A DNA stretch of 64,000 bases from Chrysomallon squamiferum (taxonomy: Eukaryota > Animalia > Mollusca), in assembly GCA_012295275.1 (NCBI GenBank), contig CM022665.1, positions 32,550,001 through 32,614,000 of the forward strand, read 5' to 3'. This document shows, piece by piece, positions 27,912 to 40,852 of this stretch (its first letter is position 1; every line of letters begins with the position of its first letter). A program made the position numbers and the translations under genes. The notes under the pieces are model-generated. The model worked only from the letters and a program-made list of their open reading frames with translations. It did not search any database and was not told the DNA's origin.

Positions 27912-27953
<42 letters not shown>
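27912..27953. repeat. (AAT)n microsatellite in the probable fzd9/10 3' UTR
   Basis: Pure triplet run about 120 bp past the stop codon. Confidence 0.9.
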
Positions 27954-27955
<2 letters not shown>

Positions 27956-28069
27956 TTTAGATAATGGGCACTTGAGGAAATTTCATTGAAACTACCAGTC
28001 AGATATATATGCAGTATCCTGCATAAGAAACATGATGAACGTATTATAGGCATGATTAGTTGTAACACT

Positions 28070-29830
28070 TTATACCCTGGAACCGGCAACTTTGGGCACA
28101 CATTTCTGACCCGTTTGTTGCTTCATAACAATTACTGGTGCTTGGTGATAGTTCGCACTGTACTTCGACTTTCTTCTGGAAAATCGACTAGAAAAAAACT
28201 GTCTCCATGAGGCAGCTGTCTTGGTACTCCAGATCCACATGCCGCTTGTGATGCCAACAACCAGAGACATGAAGATTTTCAACATGTAAACCTCTACTGT
28301 TGGAATAGAATGCTCCAATGAACAGTCGTTATGGCTATGACAAGGTCTCATCATAGCCTGCGTTCTCCAGTGATTAAAATTAATCCTTTCGTAAAATAAA
28401 CATCCGATAACGCATGTGGCAGGAACTGTATATAATACAGAAAATACGCCTATTTTGGCCATTAGTTTTTCGAGTTTTCGAATATTGGTGCCATCCTGTT
28501 TTAAATTGTTTCTTATTCGAAATAAGGCCACAAATCCGGCCAGAATGAATCCCGTACCAACAATGAGATAAACGATTAAAGGTGCCAGAACGAATCCAGT
28601 TTGAGCTGTGATGTCTTGGTTTCCCACGTAACACAGGCCTGTCAGCTCATCCCCGTCAACTCTCCTCATTGTCAATATAATAATAGTCTTGATTGCAGGT
28701 ATGGCCCAGGCGGCCAAGTGAAAATAACTACTTAACGCTTCTATTGCTTCTTGTCCCCATTTCCTACCTGCTGCCAAAAACCAAGTGACTGTCAAGATGA
28801 CCCACCAAATAGAACTAGCCATCCCGAAGAAATACAGTACAAGAAACACTATAATACACCACGTACTCTCCAAGCCTTCCTGAATAAGAAACTCGCGACC
28901 GTCCCTTCCCCTATCACACGATATAGCATCGGGACCTGTTACCGCTCTGATCATGAAAGCCATAGAGTAGATAGCATAGCACATTGAGAGAAATATAATT
29001 GGCCTCTCGGGGTATTTGAATCTCGATGTGTCGATAACAAAAGTGAGTACTGTGATTGTTGTGGACAGACCACACAGCGACGCCCAGACGATCATCCAAA
29101 TTTCAGCGAATACTTTGTCCTCTTGTCGGAAATATACATCGACGTCGCATCGTGGGGCACACGAGTTGTTTGTCTGAAGTTTATCAACATGAACGAATCT
29201 CACAGGACAGATGTCGATGTCGTGGTGTCTGATGTCGTACTTGGATGTCTCAGTCGTAGATTTCGTCAAAGACTCGAAAATTTTCTGTAGCTCTGGATTC
29301 ATGTCGTCCAGGTTTTCGTGCCTGTGTGTTCCGGCGTCGAAGTCCGGTTCGTCTGTCACGTTTGGTGCCTCCATACACAGGTTGTTAGCGGGATCGCTCC
29401 TCTCTGGCAGCTTCTCGCATGACAAAATATCCGGCCAGGGAAAATTAAACCTGGCCAGAACAGGTGCACACTTGGATTTCACCTCAAGACACATAGAACG
29501 ACAAGCCGGGATTATAAGTGTCTCTTCGACAAGTTCCGTACACATCGGAGCGTACAGCGAACACAGAAAAAACTTTAACAGTCGCGAACATCCAATCTGA
29601 ACCAGTGGTAAAAACTCGTGTACTTGAATAGCCGCATCTTTTTGATTCGTGTGTCCTACCAGGTTTGGCATTCGGGTCAAGTTGTATCGCATGTCCAAAC
29701 ACATGGGTATCGTAATAGGCTCGCATTTCGCATTGTGAACGTTGTGATCGAATGACATGGAGTCCACCCCTACCGTCCATGACACCACCCATAGGACAGC
29801 AGTCCCGACCAGCAGTACTGACCCTGGCAT
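28070..29830 (-). CDS. fzd9/10: Frizzled-9/10 subfamily Wnt receptor (class F GPCR), single coding exon, 586 aa
   Basis: Uninterrupted ORF. It has a signal peptide (MPGSVLLVGTAVLWVVSWTVGVDS) and a cysteine-rich domain (CEPITIPMC...YNLTRMPNLVGH...FFLCSLYAPMCTE...IPACRSMC...LCMEAPN) resembling FZD9/10 as I recall them. It also has seven hydrophobic helices with FKYPERPIIFLS, YFHLAAW and VDGDELTGLCYVG, the Dishevelled-binding KTxxxW motif (KTAASW, 28205-28222) and a C-terminal PDZ ligand -SRV. The track start at 29932 is a GTG; the first in-frame ATG is at 29830 in AAAATG context. Confidence 0.96.
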   Translation of the reverse strand: MPGSVLLVGTAVLWVVSWTVGVDSMSFDHNVHNAKCEPITIPMCLDMRYNLTRMPNLVGHTNQKDAAIQVHEFLPLVQIGCSRLLKFFLCSLYAPMCTELVEETLIIPACRSMCLEVKSKCAPVLARFNFPWPDILSCEKLPERSDPANNLCMEAPNVTDEPDFDAGTHRHENLDDMNPELQKIFESLTKSTTETSKYDIRHHDIDICPVRFVHVDKLQTNNSCAPRCDVDVYFRQEDKVFAEIWMIVWASLCGLSTTITVLTFVIDTSRFKYPERPIIFLSMCYAIYSMAFMIRAVTGPDAISCDRGRDGREFLIQEGLESTWCIIVFLVLYFFGMASSIWWVILTVTWFLAAGRKWGQEAIEALSSYFHLAAWAIPAIKTIIILTMRRVDGDELTGLCYVGNQDITAQTGFVLAPLIVYLIVGTGFILAGFVALFRIRNNLKQDGTNIRKLEKLMAKIGVFSVLYTVPATCVIGCLFYERINFNHWRTQAMMRPCHSHNDCSLEHSIPTVEVYMLKIFMSLVVGITSGMWIWSTKTAASWRQFFSSRFSRRKSKYSANYHQAPVIVMKQQTGQKCVPKVAGSRV

Positions 29831-30430
29831 TTTACCTGCCTCCTGCGACAGTCCAGGGTCGTGACAGTGTTCCTCGTGTTCAGTGTGGTCAGCGTATCCG
29901 TAACAAACACAAACTGTTTTCAACAAACACACCGCGTGAAGACTGCTGCGAACCGATTGTACGTTTACTCAAACGTACACCACTTGACACGGGATATCCA
30001 TGTATCCATCCGCAGCGTTTATATTACCCGTTATTCTGCTTAGGACAAGTTTACAAAACACAGATTTTAGCATTAACTTAAATACACACAGGCGTAAAAT
30101 AATATCTCAACTTTTACAAGTGACAGTAAGCAGTTCGACTGATTTATCCGTGCGTTTGGATGAACTATGATGTGTGCGGACCGATTTATCGTGAAGTGCT
30201 AATGGGTCTTAAAGTGGGCGGGCATTAACAGTGCAGAGAAGACACTGCCGAGAGGTGGTCGTCTGTCAATCATGTGGGAAAGACGCCGATAAACAGACCT
30301 CGTCGCCGCCTACAAACTTTACACTGGCCCATTGACAGTGAAACGTAAATACGGCGTATAAACTCAGTGTGGAAACTTGTATTTGTTACTGATAGGCCGA
30401 TGCTTTTGTGAGGGATTAGACATCTCGTAG
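29831..30430 (-). promoter_or_regulatory. Putative 5' leader and proximal promoter of fzd9/10
   Basis: Repeat-free, CpG-rich block directly upstream of the ATG, ending at an AT/T-rich tract near 30480. GC box GGGCGG at 30216-30221 and minus-strand TATAAA at 30018-30023. The TSS cannot be determined from sequence. Confidence 0.55.
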
Positions 30431-31129
30431 TTAGGATGTATTAAGTAATGCTCGAAGAAAAATATGTAATGTGAAGCTGGCATTTTAGATTTTAATTTAT
30501 TTTTTAATCAATTCATTCATTTATTCATTATTTTTTTAATCATTTTATTTTATTTTATTTTTTAATTAATTAATTTATTATTTTTACATATTTTATTTTA
30601 TTTTATTTGTTTAATGTATTTTTTATATCTTAAATTTCACAAAATGGAGGAACTTGGGGTTTTTTTTGGGGGGGGGTTATGATGCTGCCTATTATCAAGT
30701 TTTGTTAATATAGTAAGATTATTTTTGTGTGTGTTTGTAAGGACGTATATTCCATGTGTGTACATTTGTGTGTATATATGAGTAAAAGGTCACATCTAAA
30801 TATGATTTTATACCGATTTATTAACCCACAGCAGCCAATATGTATGTTTCTGTGCACCTCCATTTATATGCATGCATGTATCTTAGTACGTGTATGTGTG
30901 TGGTGTCCTGTTAGTGTTTTTTGTTGTTGTTTTTTTTTTTTTTTTTGGTTGGTTTGTGTGTGTGCGTTTGCAGACGTGAACACAAACATATAATTATGTA
31001 TTTGCTGTGTTGGGTTGATACGAATATTAAATTCAGATAATGTCACATATTACTCATATTTTGTCCGCTACATCTTAAAAATAAATAGCACCTGACGCAA
31101 AGCTTTTAACTTTATAGTGACGCTTGTTT

Positions 31130-31715
31130 TATTTTTATTTTATTTTTTTTATGTGTTTTTTATTTTATTTTATTATTTTTTTTTTTTGTTGTTGTTGTTG
31201 TTGTGGGGTTTTTTTCCCCTCTTCAATCAATTTACATTTTGTTCCCATGTTTTGGCTTTTACTTTTCGGATATTTTTTTTAATTTTTTTTTTATTATTAT
31301 TATTATTTTGTTCATGTACATGTTTATTTATTTTAAGAAAGGATGTTAACATCAGATATTAATTTCTTATTGAATAATAATAATAACGACAACAACAGTA
31401 ATAGAAAGAAAAATTGGAAAATCAAGTAAATGATAAAGAAAAAAAGATGAATAAAAAGAAGAAATAGTCTGAAGAAGAATTTTGGAAGAAAAAAAAGACA
31501 AGAAAATGAAAAAGAAGACGTTAAAAGTGGGTGGAGGAAGAATAAATAAAAATGTAGAAAGAGGATGACAAAAGAAGTAAAGAAAACAAATTACGAAAAA
31601 GGGAAAAAGAAAACCGAAAAAAGAACAGAAAGATGAAAAACGTGAAGAAGAAAAAGAAGAAGAAAAAAACTCAAAGAAAAAGAATAGAAAAGAATAACAA
31701 AGAAAAAGAAAAATG
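31130..31715. repeat. T-rich low-complexity tract followed by an A/G-rich purine tract
   Basis: Strong strand skew that flips around 31370. Confidence 0.8.
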
Positions 31716-32413
31716 TGTTAGATTAACATAATATTAAAAATTTAAATTTAAAAATAAAGGTAGTTTTATTTATTGTTATCATTTATAACTATACAACCTC
31801 AACAAATATTAAATTTTTTAAACAGTTTCTTATGACACTGACAAACCAACTAACGGTAAATCTGCTTCCATTCAATCTGCTTCCACACTGTGAGTGAAAC
31901 GAAGACATTTTCGATGGCATGTCAGTCCGAATGCTAATTGCTTTGTTAAACGACATGGAGAGACCAAGGGCAGTTTATAACGACCAGGTATATGATATGT
32001 AATGTTAACAGTGTGTTATCAGCGCTAGGCTAACTGATGCCTGTTTTGTTTGTCGTTGAGGATGCATGAAAGCTTTTACAGTTAGTCATTTACTGCTTGG
32101 TTGGCTCGTTAATTAAGTGGGGGCGGGGTGAAACGTTGGGTGATAGGTTAGCTAGCCTTGAACGTTATTGTTTTCAACAAAAAGAGCTGTTGGTTTAGTA
32201 CAGCTGAGATAAAAATCAGTGTTTTGGTATGTCCCGTTCTACGGTATAGTTAATGTTGAAATACGCAACAAGCTTAAATAATAATGATAATAATAATAAT
32301 AATAATAATAATTAAATAATACATATACTGAATTAACGAAGAGTGAATTTATATTATGAGAAAGTATTGTGGTTATTTAGTTTAGTTTTGTTTTGTTTTA
32401 TTTTCGTTATTAA

Positions 32414-32449
<36 letters not shown>

Positions 32450-35400
32450 ACCCATTTATATAGGTATTGCTCTATTTAAAAAAAATTGTTATTAAATTTT
32501 ATTTAATATCTTATTTATGAATATATTAATATATAGTTTTAAAATATATGTTTATTTATTTATTTTAATCTCAACAGATGTTGTGATACATAATACTGAC
32601 ACATATAAATTCAGACAGTTCTGAATTTACACTCATGTTCACTAAACATATTCAAAATTGTTTCTAACTAAACACATTACATGGAAGAACTGCGATGAAC
32701 ATTCTGATTTCATTTTTGAAGAATGCTATCTTGAATTTAAAACTTCATAGTAACCCTAGATGCCGTTTAGATGTTTCAAATCAACGATAACCTGCCTTAA
32801 CAACAGAAATTAAAGTATGTTTATCGCTTAATTTAAAAAAAAAAAATTCTAAACTAAATAGGCAGTTTGTTGGTATTCGATATTAGTGTGTGTGTGTGTG
32901 TGTTGGGGAGAGGTCGCGCGTGTGTGATTGTGACGTCTATAGTTATTTTTAGTACGTGTTTGTATGTGTTTATTGAGTCCTCGATATAGAAAATAGTAAA
33001 TAATGTCCAGTTCTGACTTAGACCAATTATTTCGATAGTATACTCGCTATTAAATCAACTTATGTCATTACTGTTTTTAAATATATCATATAAAGGTTAC
33101 AGTACAAATAGAATTGAAGTATTCAGAAAATCTAGTTAAATACAAATGTAGTTATTTTAATAACTATTACACGTAAATTATTAAATATTCACGTTACCAC
33201 TGATTAATAATGTCAACTCGTACTCGTACTTTCAGGCTTAGAAAACTATACTTATTGTTTTACATACATTAATTTCTCTTTCATTATTAGTAAATAAATT
33301 ATAAACTTGGTGTAACAAACCTCTGCATATGAAATTAGTAGACTGAATCAGAATTTAATTAATTAAAAATTTTAAAATATTCCTGATTAAAACAATAACA
33401 ACAACAACAACAATAATGATGATGATGATGATGAAGATGATGATGGTAGTTAAATACAACATTTAATTTACATATATCTATGTAGTAATCTGTTATTTAA
33501 CCTTTACGTATTAAATCGCTCGAAACCCCACGATTCAAATGTCAAATGTCGTACTTATACTTATCAACATTAATAGGTCTTTGTTTATTAAATATTATCA
33601 TACTTGGATTATTAATCTGAAATGACACACAAGTTGAACATTGTGTAAGATAAAGAATAAATTACTACCACTACTATTACTCAGTGTTCTTTTGTTATTT
33701 AGCTGTGTAAGTAATATGTCACGCTGTCAGTTTTTTTTCTCTCGTAATCTTTGTTATCACAAAGATTAACAGAATTATCTAACGCCGTGTGGGAATGTTG
33801 CTGCTGCTATTCTCTATGTTTAAATGTTGCTTAGGTTCTTTCTATTGTTTTTAGAGGCTTTTTTATTCCGAGATAGTGTGTCGTTTCTAAAATTTTATAA
33901 TTAGGAATATCAATTGTCATTTTATTCGAATATTTTTAACATGTATGTAAAGCTAAACATAGAAACACACGCACAGATATATGTATAAACATATATTCAA
34001 ATAGATGCATATAAACGCACGCATACGTATAATCGTACATATGCGTAGACACATACACATGTATCAGAGATACATTCACTTATATGAACTCATATATATA
34101 TATATACACACAAACTGCGTACGTACGTCAGTGTACGCATAGACATACACATACATACATACATATATACAAACAAACCCACATTGACTTACAGAGATAA
34201 ATACTAACAAATCCCTGTATATTATACTAAAGTAATTATAATTTTTAATATTTCTTTTTCTGAATATTTGCTATTATAAATAAACTAAATAATAGTAGAA
34301 ATAGAGAAAAATATAATATATTTTCTAATCTTATAAAATCTTTATATTTACTTATTTTTTGTTTTTTTTTATTTATTTATTTATTAATGTGCATATTTTA
34401 ATATGAAATACATCAATTTATAAATGCATCTTTTACTTCACAGCTGAGAGTATCTGTAGATACATGTTTTTGATGAGGAAACATTTTACAGATAGCATAA
34501 AAATAAATTAATTAATAATATAATATAATATAGTAATAGTAGAAGTAGTAGCAATAGCAGCAGCAGCAACAGTCGTAGTAGTAGTAGTAGTAACAATAGA
34601 TAAAGAAAGAAATATATAACATCGTTTGAAATAAAATAAAATAAAATAAAATAAAACCAGGCTTAGTAATGTGTTGTTTGAGGAGAGCAGTAAATAAAAA
34701 TTAGAAATATTAAGATGTTTTCGATGTACAATTATCTACAGAAATATTCGAAATCAGACAAATCCAAAAAGCTCTGAAGACCTCTATTTAACAACTCTGA
34801 AAAGGTTTAACTACTATTAGAAAGAAACAAAGCCTACTTTCCAAAATCTATACAACTGGCCTGATTCTAAATCACCCATTTCATAAACCATTTGTTGACA
34901 AAAATCACCAAAAACTCTTTATGCAAATATGAATCGTGGCAGTATTTGTGTATAATTTCATGCTGTCCTTATAATTCATCCTACTGGTCATTGTCAAGAA
35001 CAATAGATCAGCTATTACGGCCAGGATGGACACTCGGGCTGCCCGTTACAGGTGTGGTTCTTGAACGATCTTTAGTCCTTAAAGAGAGCCAATAAAATCG
35101 AGAGAAGAATGAGAAATGTGACAGAAATTAATTTTCCCCTCGGCTTTTCTTTCTTGAATGGGCCTGTCTGAATGGGGCAGTCCTCTATCGGTTTATCTCT
35201 AGTCGTAAAAAGTCTTACACGCTAAACATTGCCTTGTACAGGGGTGTATGAAGGGAGGGAGGGGACAGTGCGTGCGTAAGGGGGAATATCTGTCATAGAT
35301 AACCAGTGAATTGTAGTAACATTTGCGCATTGGCGACTTATCAATGGGCTCGTTCAAGCAGGGTGTTGACAACATTCGACTCTAAATCGACTGTTGTTAA

Positions 35401-36192
35401 ATTTATGATGGCCGCTGGCACATAAATTATCCTAAATCGCAAAGTAAACGAAAGTTGGGCGGCCGAGCGATTTGTAAAGCGGGTTTGTTTTTGCTGAACG
35501 TACGTCCACCTTAGAGCAGTGGATTGTCAAACAAGTTGATGTACTGCTTGTTACTGTAGAACCTCTTCAAGTATTCTGTTCATCTTTCTCTCGTACTTCT
35601 TCATTTTTATACTGTAGTAGAAATGTTTTCAAGTTTTGTGAAACAATTTTTGTAATATATATATTTATGCAAAAATCTTTTCGAGTTCTGTAGTTTTTAT
35701 TAATTTTCTCTTCCCTTTCTTTATTTTATTTTATTTTATTTTTAAAAAGAATTTCTTCATTTCTTATATTTAGTTTTCTGTTTCCTTTGGTCTTTATTAT
35801 TTTTTGGGAGGGGGTCTTTTTTTTTTCTTTTCTTTTTTTATACTGTTGTTTTGTTTTGTTTTAATTATTTTTAATTAATTAGTTAACTTATTTTTATTTC
35901 TTGTTCTTCTTTACGTTTACTTTTTCTCGCATATTAATTAAAAAACAAAAAAATAAATTTAAAAAATAAGTTTCCTTTAAACTTCGTTTTTCTTTCATTT
36001 TAAGGGTTTGAATGTGTGCGTATGAGTGTAAACATCTGTTTTTTTTGTGAAGCGTGTGCGTAGGTGTGTCCGAATATATTTAGTTAATTTATATTATTTT
36101 TTCTTCGTTCCTTTTTTTTTTTTATTTTTTTTATTTTTTTTTTATCTAGATCTATTTCAATTTTATTTCCATTAAATTATTTTTCTCAGTAT

Positions 36193-36231
<39 letters not shown>

Positions 36232-37483
36232 TTTTGTCATTTCTTTTACTCCATGTTATATGCTGTTTCGTTTTCTTTCAGTTCCCATTATTTTATTTCA
36301 TTTTTTTTCAATACTTTTTTTTCATTTTTTTTTTTATTCTTAGCACAACGTATAAATGTAATTAAGTGCGGCAAGAAAAGAATGCTTCAAAGATGGTAAC
36401 AGTAACACGGAATAATGACCAAATGATGTTTTCTCCAGACCAGACTGGCTGGAAAAACAGCGCTTATTGTCTTCACGCCATTTCAGTTAAGCATAAAACC
36501 AACCCTTGTAATATTGGACGAGGTATAATGGAGGGTTGAAGTGGGGAACAATACCCACAGCGCTAACTCATCGACTTAATTTACCCTTTCACACTCTGAC
36601 ACGTTTACTGTCCAGCCTTTGTGTGTTCGTTTCCTGTGTATTTGGCGTCAAATTAAGTTCTTGTTATTTGTGCAAAGCTGGTAAAAGTGGTTTTTAATAT
36701 TAACCCTTGGTTATTTTGGAGTTATTTTCCCTTTTTTTTTTTTCTTCTTCTTCTTTCCCTAAACCCAAGTTTAGGAGTGAAGGAATTTATATATCCTATT
36801 CTAATTCACTCTCTCAGTGTATTTACTCATTCGTTCACTGAGTATTGTTTCTCAGTAATATTCTTTTTTTTTTTTCTCTCCCAAATTTTAAAGTATATAC
36901 CATTCTCCCATTATATCTTTCTGTCTCTGCAAGTTTACATGTATGTATGTTAGTATGTATGCATGAGTTTGAATGTATGTATATACGTGTATGTGTGTGT
37001 GTGTATGTATGTATGTATGTATGTATGTATGTATGTATGTATGTATGTATGTGTCTGTCTGACTGTCTATTTGTCTTTCTAACTGTCTCTCTCATACTTT
37101 TTCTTTTTGTTTATTTCTATCTTTCCTCTGCAGACTCTGAATAATACTTTGAATAACGAAATGGACAAAATGAACGATTGTTCTTTATATATCCCACAAA
37201 AATAAATAAATTTAGTGTTACACTAAATAAATGTATTGTTAGTATAATTACCAGAAAATTTACAACATTAGGAAATATTTTATTTCCAAATAAATGTTTT
37301 AAAATATTCTCTATGCCTATAACATGACGACAAAATACCATGTCAGTGTTATAATTAGTTATGCTTATGGTTATTTGACATCTAAATAAATAATTGAAAT
37401 CGGTAAATATATATATTCCTGGCATGAATACATATTACTTTAGTAAATATATTTTTAAAATTATGTTCAAGATTTCAGAAAAT

Positions 37484-37488
<5 letters not shown>

Positions 37489-37566
<78 letters not shown>
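37489..37566. repeat. (AG)n microsatellite
   Basis: Pure AG run. Confidence 0.97.
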
Positions 37567-37568
<2 letters not shown>

Positions 37569-38870
37569 AATACACTCAGTCAAATCCTCGGCGCACTACC
37601 CAGTGTGATGATACTATACTTGTGTATAAGAATATTGATTAAAAGTAAATGTTGTACAATATCTGTCTTGTTATAACATTTTGTTTAAATATCCAATGAC
37701 GCCTATATTTTATATTTGTTTTTTATCCTGCTGCTGAATTTCACGCCCAGACAAGCTTGAAAAGATTTACTTTTCATCATATCAAAGCTGCAGTTTCAGA
37801 CAGTATTGATATACTGTATTACCCCGTGCTAAGATAAATGGTGTCATACGTTTAAGACATTATTTCTCGAGGCGCACGCATAGCAATTAACCGCCACCAA
37901 TACTGCCTCCCGTGACATAAGACAATTTATCTTAGAACCGTTACTGCACAAACGAGCGAACTAACACAGATTATTTCACACCTTGTATCAGTCAGCTCGT
38001 ATATCACCATGTAATAGACTGGGTTACGGTTCGTTCGTCAAACAACAGTGCTTTGTTTTCGAACACTGCGGCGTAACAGGCGTATCATACCCGGTGCACG
38101 TCTCGCTTAGACTGGTGTCTTTTGAAGTTTTACGTTGTGGATCAACAAACATCCTCTTTGACAGCAAATATAAATCGACCCAAACAAAGGTTTCAGTATC
38201 GGTCACCTTATTTTGTTTATACGTGTGTTCTGATTTAGATATCAAAATATATATTTTCAGTTATTTTGTCTTACAGTCAAAGAGAGAGAGAAAGAAAAGA
38301 TTAGAGGTACAATATTAATACTGTAGCATGTCGAAACAAAGACTGAGAAAGACAGCCGAGTTCATGCGAAAAGAAAATGTAATAGTTTTGTCACAAGATA
38401 GATCGTGTTCCTCATTTATTTGTTTTCGGCAATGGGCCGTCATACGTGCTTGTTTTTTTGAAATCGTGTAACGTCAAACAAGAAAGTTAATGCATTTTAC
38501 AGCCATTCTCCCTGTTCCCACCATGACATATGTTAATAGTGTGGTAATGTACGTTAGAGTACTTGTGTGGCTTGAAGATTAATACGCTTCTCGTGTAATA
38601 TAGTACACAATTAGCCGAATTAGATATCTGTTATTAAGCAACAGTAACAAATAACAACAATACTAATAGTAATATTAACAACAATAATAATAACAGTAGC
38701 AACAACAACAACGACAATGATGATAGTTTAACGTATTTGAAATGTAATATTTTAACAGTAAATTTGTACTGACTTTTAAATGTACGCAAGCACGCATACT
38801 GAAATTAACAAAGAACACGCAATGTCTGAGTGGATCATATTATTATTTTATTCATAGGCGATTAGATAAA

Positions 38871-38930
38871 CATATAGGCTTTTAAACTGAGATATCTCAT
38901 ATAGGCTTTTAAACTGAGATATCTCATATA
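38871..38930. repeat. Perfect 27-bp tandem duplication
   Basis: CATATAGGCTTTTAAACTGAGATATCT at 38871-38897 and 38898-38924, followed by CATATA. Confidence 0.95.
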
Positions 38931-40261
38931 TCAAATATCTGAGACTAGTTTGATCGTAAAACAAGAGAGAAAAAATACCAGCAGATGATTTGATCAATGA
39001 ACCAATTAAATTTCAGACAAAAGTGTTTTCCACCATGTTAACTCTGCGACCGTCTGTTCAAGACGATACTGAAAAGAAATGCTAGTAAATCACAGGCAAG
39101 CTATGTCAGTCGGATTAGGATTCTGTTTTTTTTTTTTTTTTTTTTTTTCTTTTCTTTTCGCGGGAATGTAATTTCTAACAAAGGAATAAAGACAGTAAAA
39201 CATTCTTTCCCAAACTGTTTTCTTCCGACTGTCGCATGTTTAATTTTCGTATGCAACCTTTTTTGAAGTAGACTGATTTTTTACAACAAAAGTCGCTTTT
39301 CAAAACGTGCCACGTGTGATTCGATTGCTCCGCTTTACGAACAGTACGCAGTGCCAGTCGACTGTGAATGATCTTTCCGGTTGCAGCTAAACTCGTAAAA
39401 ATACTTTACTGTGAGATTAGAAGGCGTTTACCACTTCGTTGGTTAGAAACTGCGGTGAGAAAGATTATTAACTCCAGAAAGTCTGATCATAAAATTCAAA
39501 TTGACCAAATCTGACACGCTTCAGTGATCAGACTCGAGTTTAAAGCCAAAATCTTTTATTGTTTGCAGTAGTCATGGCTTCTAAATATATTTTTTTTCCG
39601 TTCAAAAACATGAAAATGAATGAACTGCGTTTTATGGAGAAGCCGAATGAACTTTGGGAAAAATTTTAACGGCAGCTTTTTTTTTTTTTTTTTTTTTTTT
39701 TGCTAACACCGTGCTCTGGGTCAGCGTTTTATTTTCAATTCTGTGTCACGCATGATCATCACAGAACATGGAATTATTTCAGAGGCTGGCTCTTGTGCGA
39801 CTTTATTGCACATGGCATCCACTGAAGGACGTAGAACTATTTTATGTTCAGTCGTGAAAACTATGGATAGGAACACCAAAGGACGTTTTTTCATAAATTT
39901 ATGTTTGTGGTGTAATAATTGCCAGTTATTACAAAGCGTTTGATCTTTTGTGTTTGTGTAACGGGTTCTGTGTCTGATGTGAGTTCTGCCAGAGTCCTGC
40001 TGCATTCTTCTCTCACTCCACAACAGTTGTTGCTTCTTAGACATATCTTTCATTTCTCTGACAATTATAAAATAATTTAACATAATTATATTTATTTCTT
40101 CGTCGTATTTGTTTTTTTGTTTTGTTTTTTTTTCAGTTATTTTTTTATTGTTAATACTATTATAATAGGTCAGCATCGTTATCAGGTCTTGTTTCAATCA
40201 GTTTTCATTGTTATTGCATAATTTTATTGTTTTTCTTCTGATTCATCGTTATCTTCTTCTG

Positions 40262-40318
<57 letters not shown>
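40262..40318. repeat. (ATT)n microsatellite
   Basis: Pure triplet run. Confidence 0.95.
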
Positions 40319-40810
40319 TGAATAAACACCTGTCTTGTGTATGTATGTATATTTGTATGAATATTAGTATGTGTATGAAAATGTCTGTCTGTATGTATAT
40401 ATCAACATACTTAAGTTTGGGTATATATGTTGGTATATGTATGTTTCTCGTGAATAGCATTTTAAAAAATGACATAAATAGCTAAATTATCCTATTTTAA
40501 ATTATCACCAACTAAATCAAGAACTTTCGTTGTTCATCGCTTTAAAGCCAGCTAACCGTTTAGGAAACAGTTCACAAAATTGGTGTCATTTTCTAATGAA
40601 GCTTTATTTGCATCTGTTTATTCTCTCACTTACCTTTGGTCTGACATAAATGTATGTGCCACGTCAGTTTAGGTTTGCAGTTTGTTAAGATTTGCATGCT
40701 TTACATTTCCTGTTATTTTCGAATTCACAAACGGACACAAAATAGTGGATCAGAAAACTACATTAAATAGATGTCCATAAGAAGAAAAGACAGAAAATTA
40801 AAATAGTTTA

Positions 40811-40852
<42 letters not shown>

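Noticed and set aside
29831-29932. 620-aa Frizzled starting at 29932 as given in the ORF track
   Set aside because: That start is GTG under a bacterial-style start rule. The signal peptide begins at the ATG at 29830.
28380-30081. Overlapping alternative-frame and antisense ORFs within Frizzled
   Set aside because: Expected shadows of a GC-richer coding sequence, with no recognisable motifs.
31400-31715. Lys/Glu-rich coding-like purine tract
   Set aside because: Low-complexity GA-rich DNA with scattered stop codons and no ORF in the track.
39721-40197. 158-aa minus-strand ORF
   Set aside because: TTG start, N-terminal part derived from an A/T low-complexity tract, no recognisable domain.
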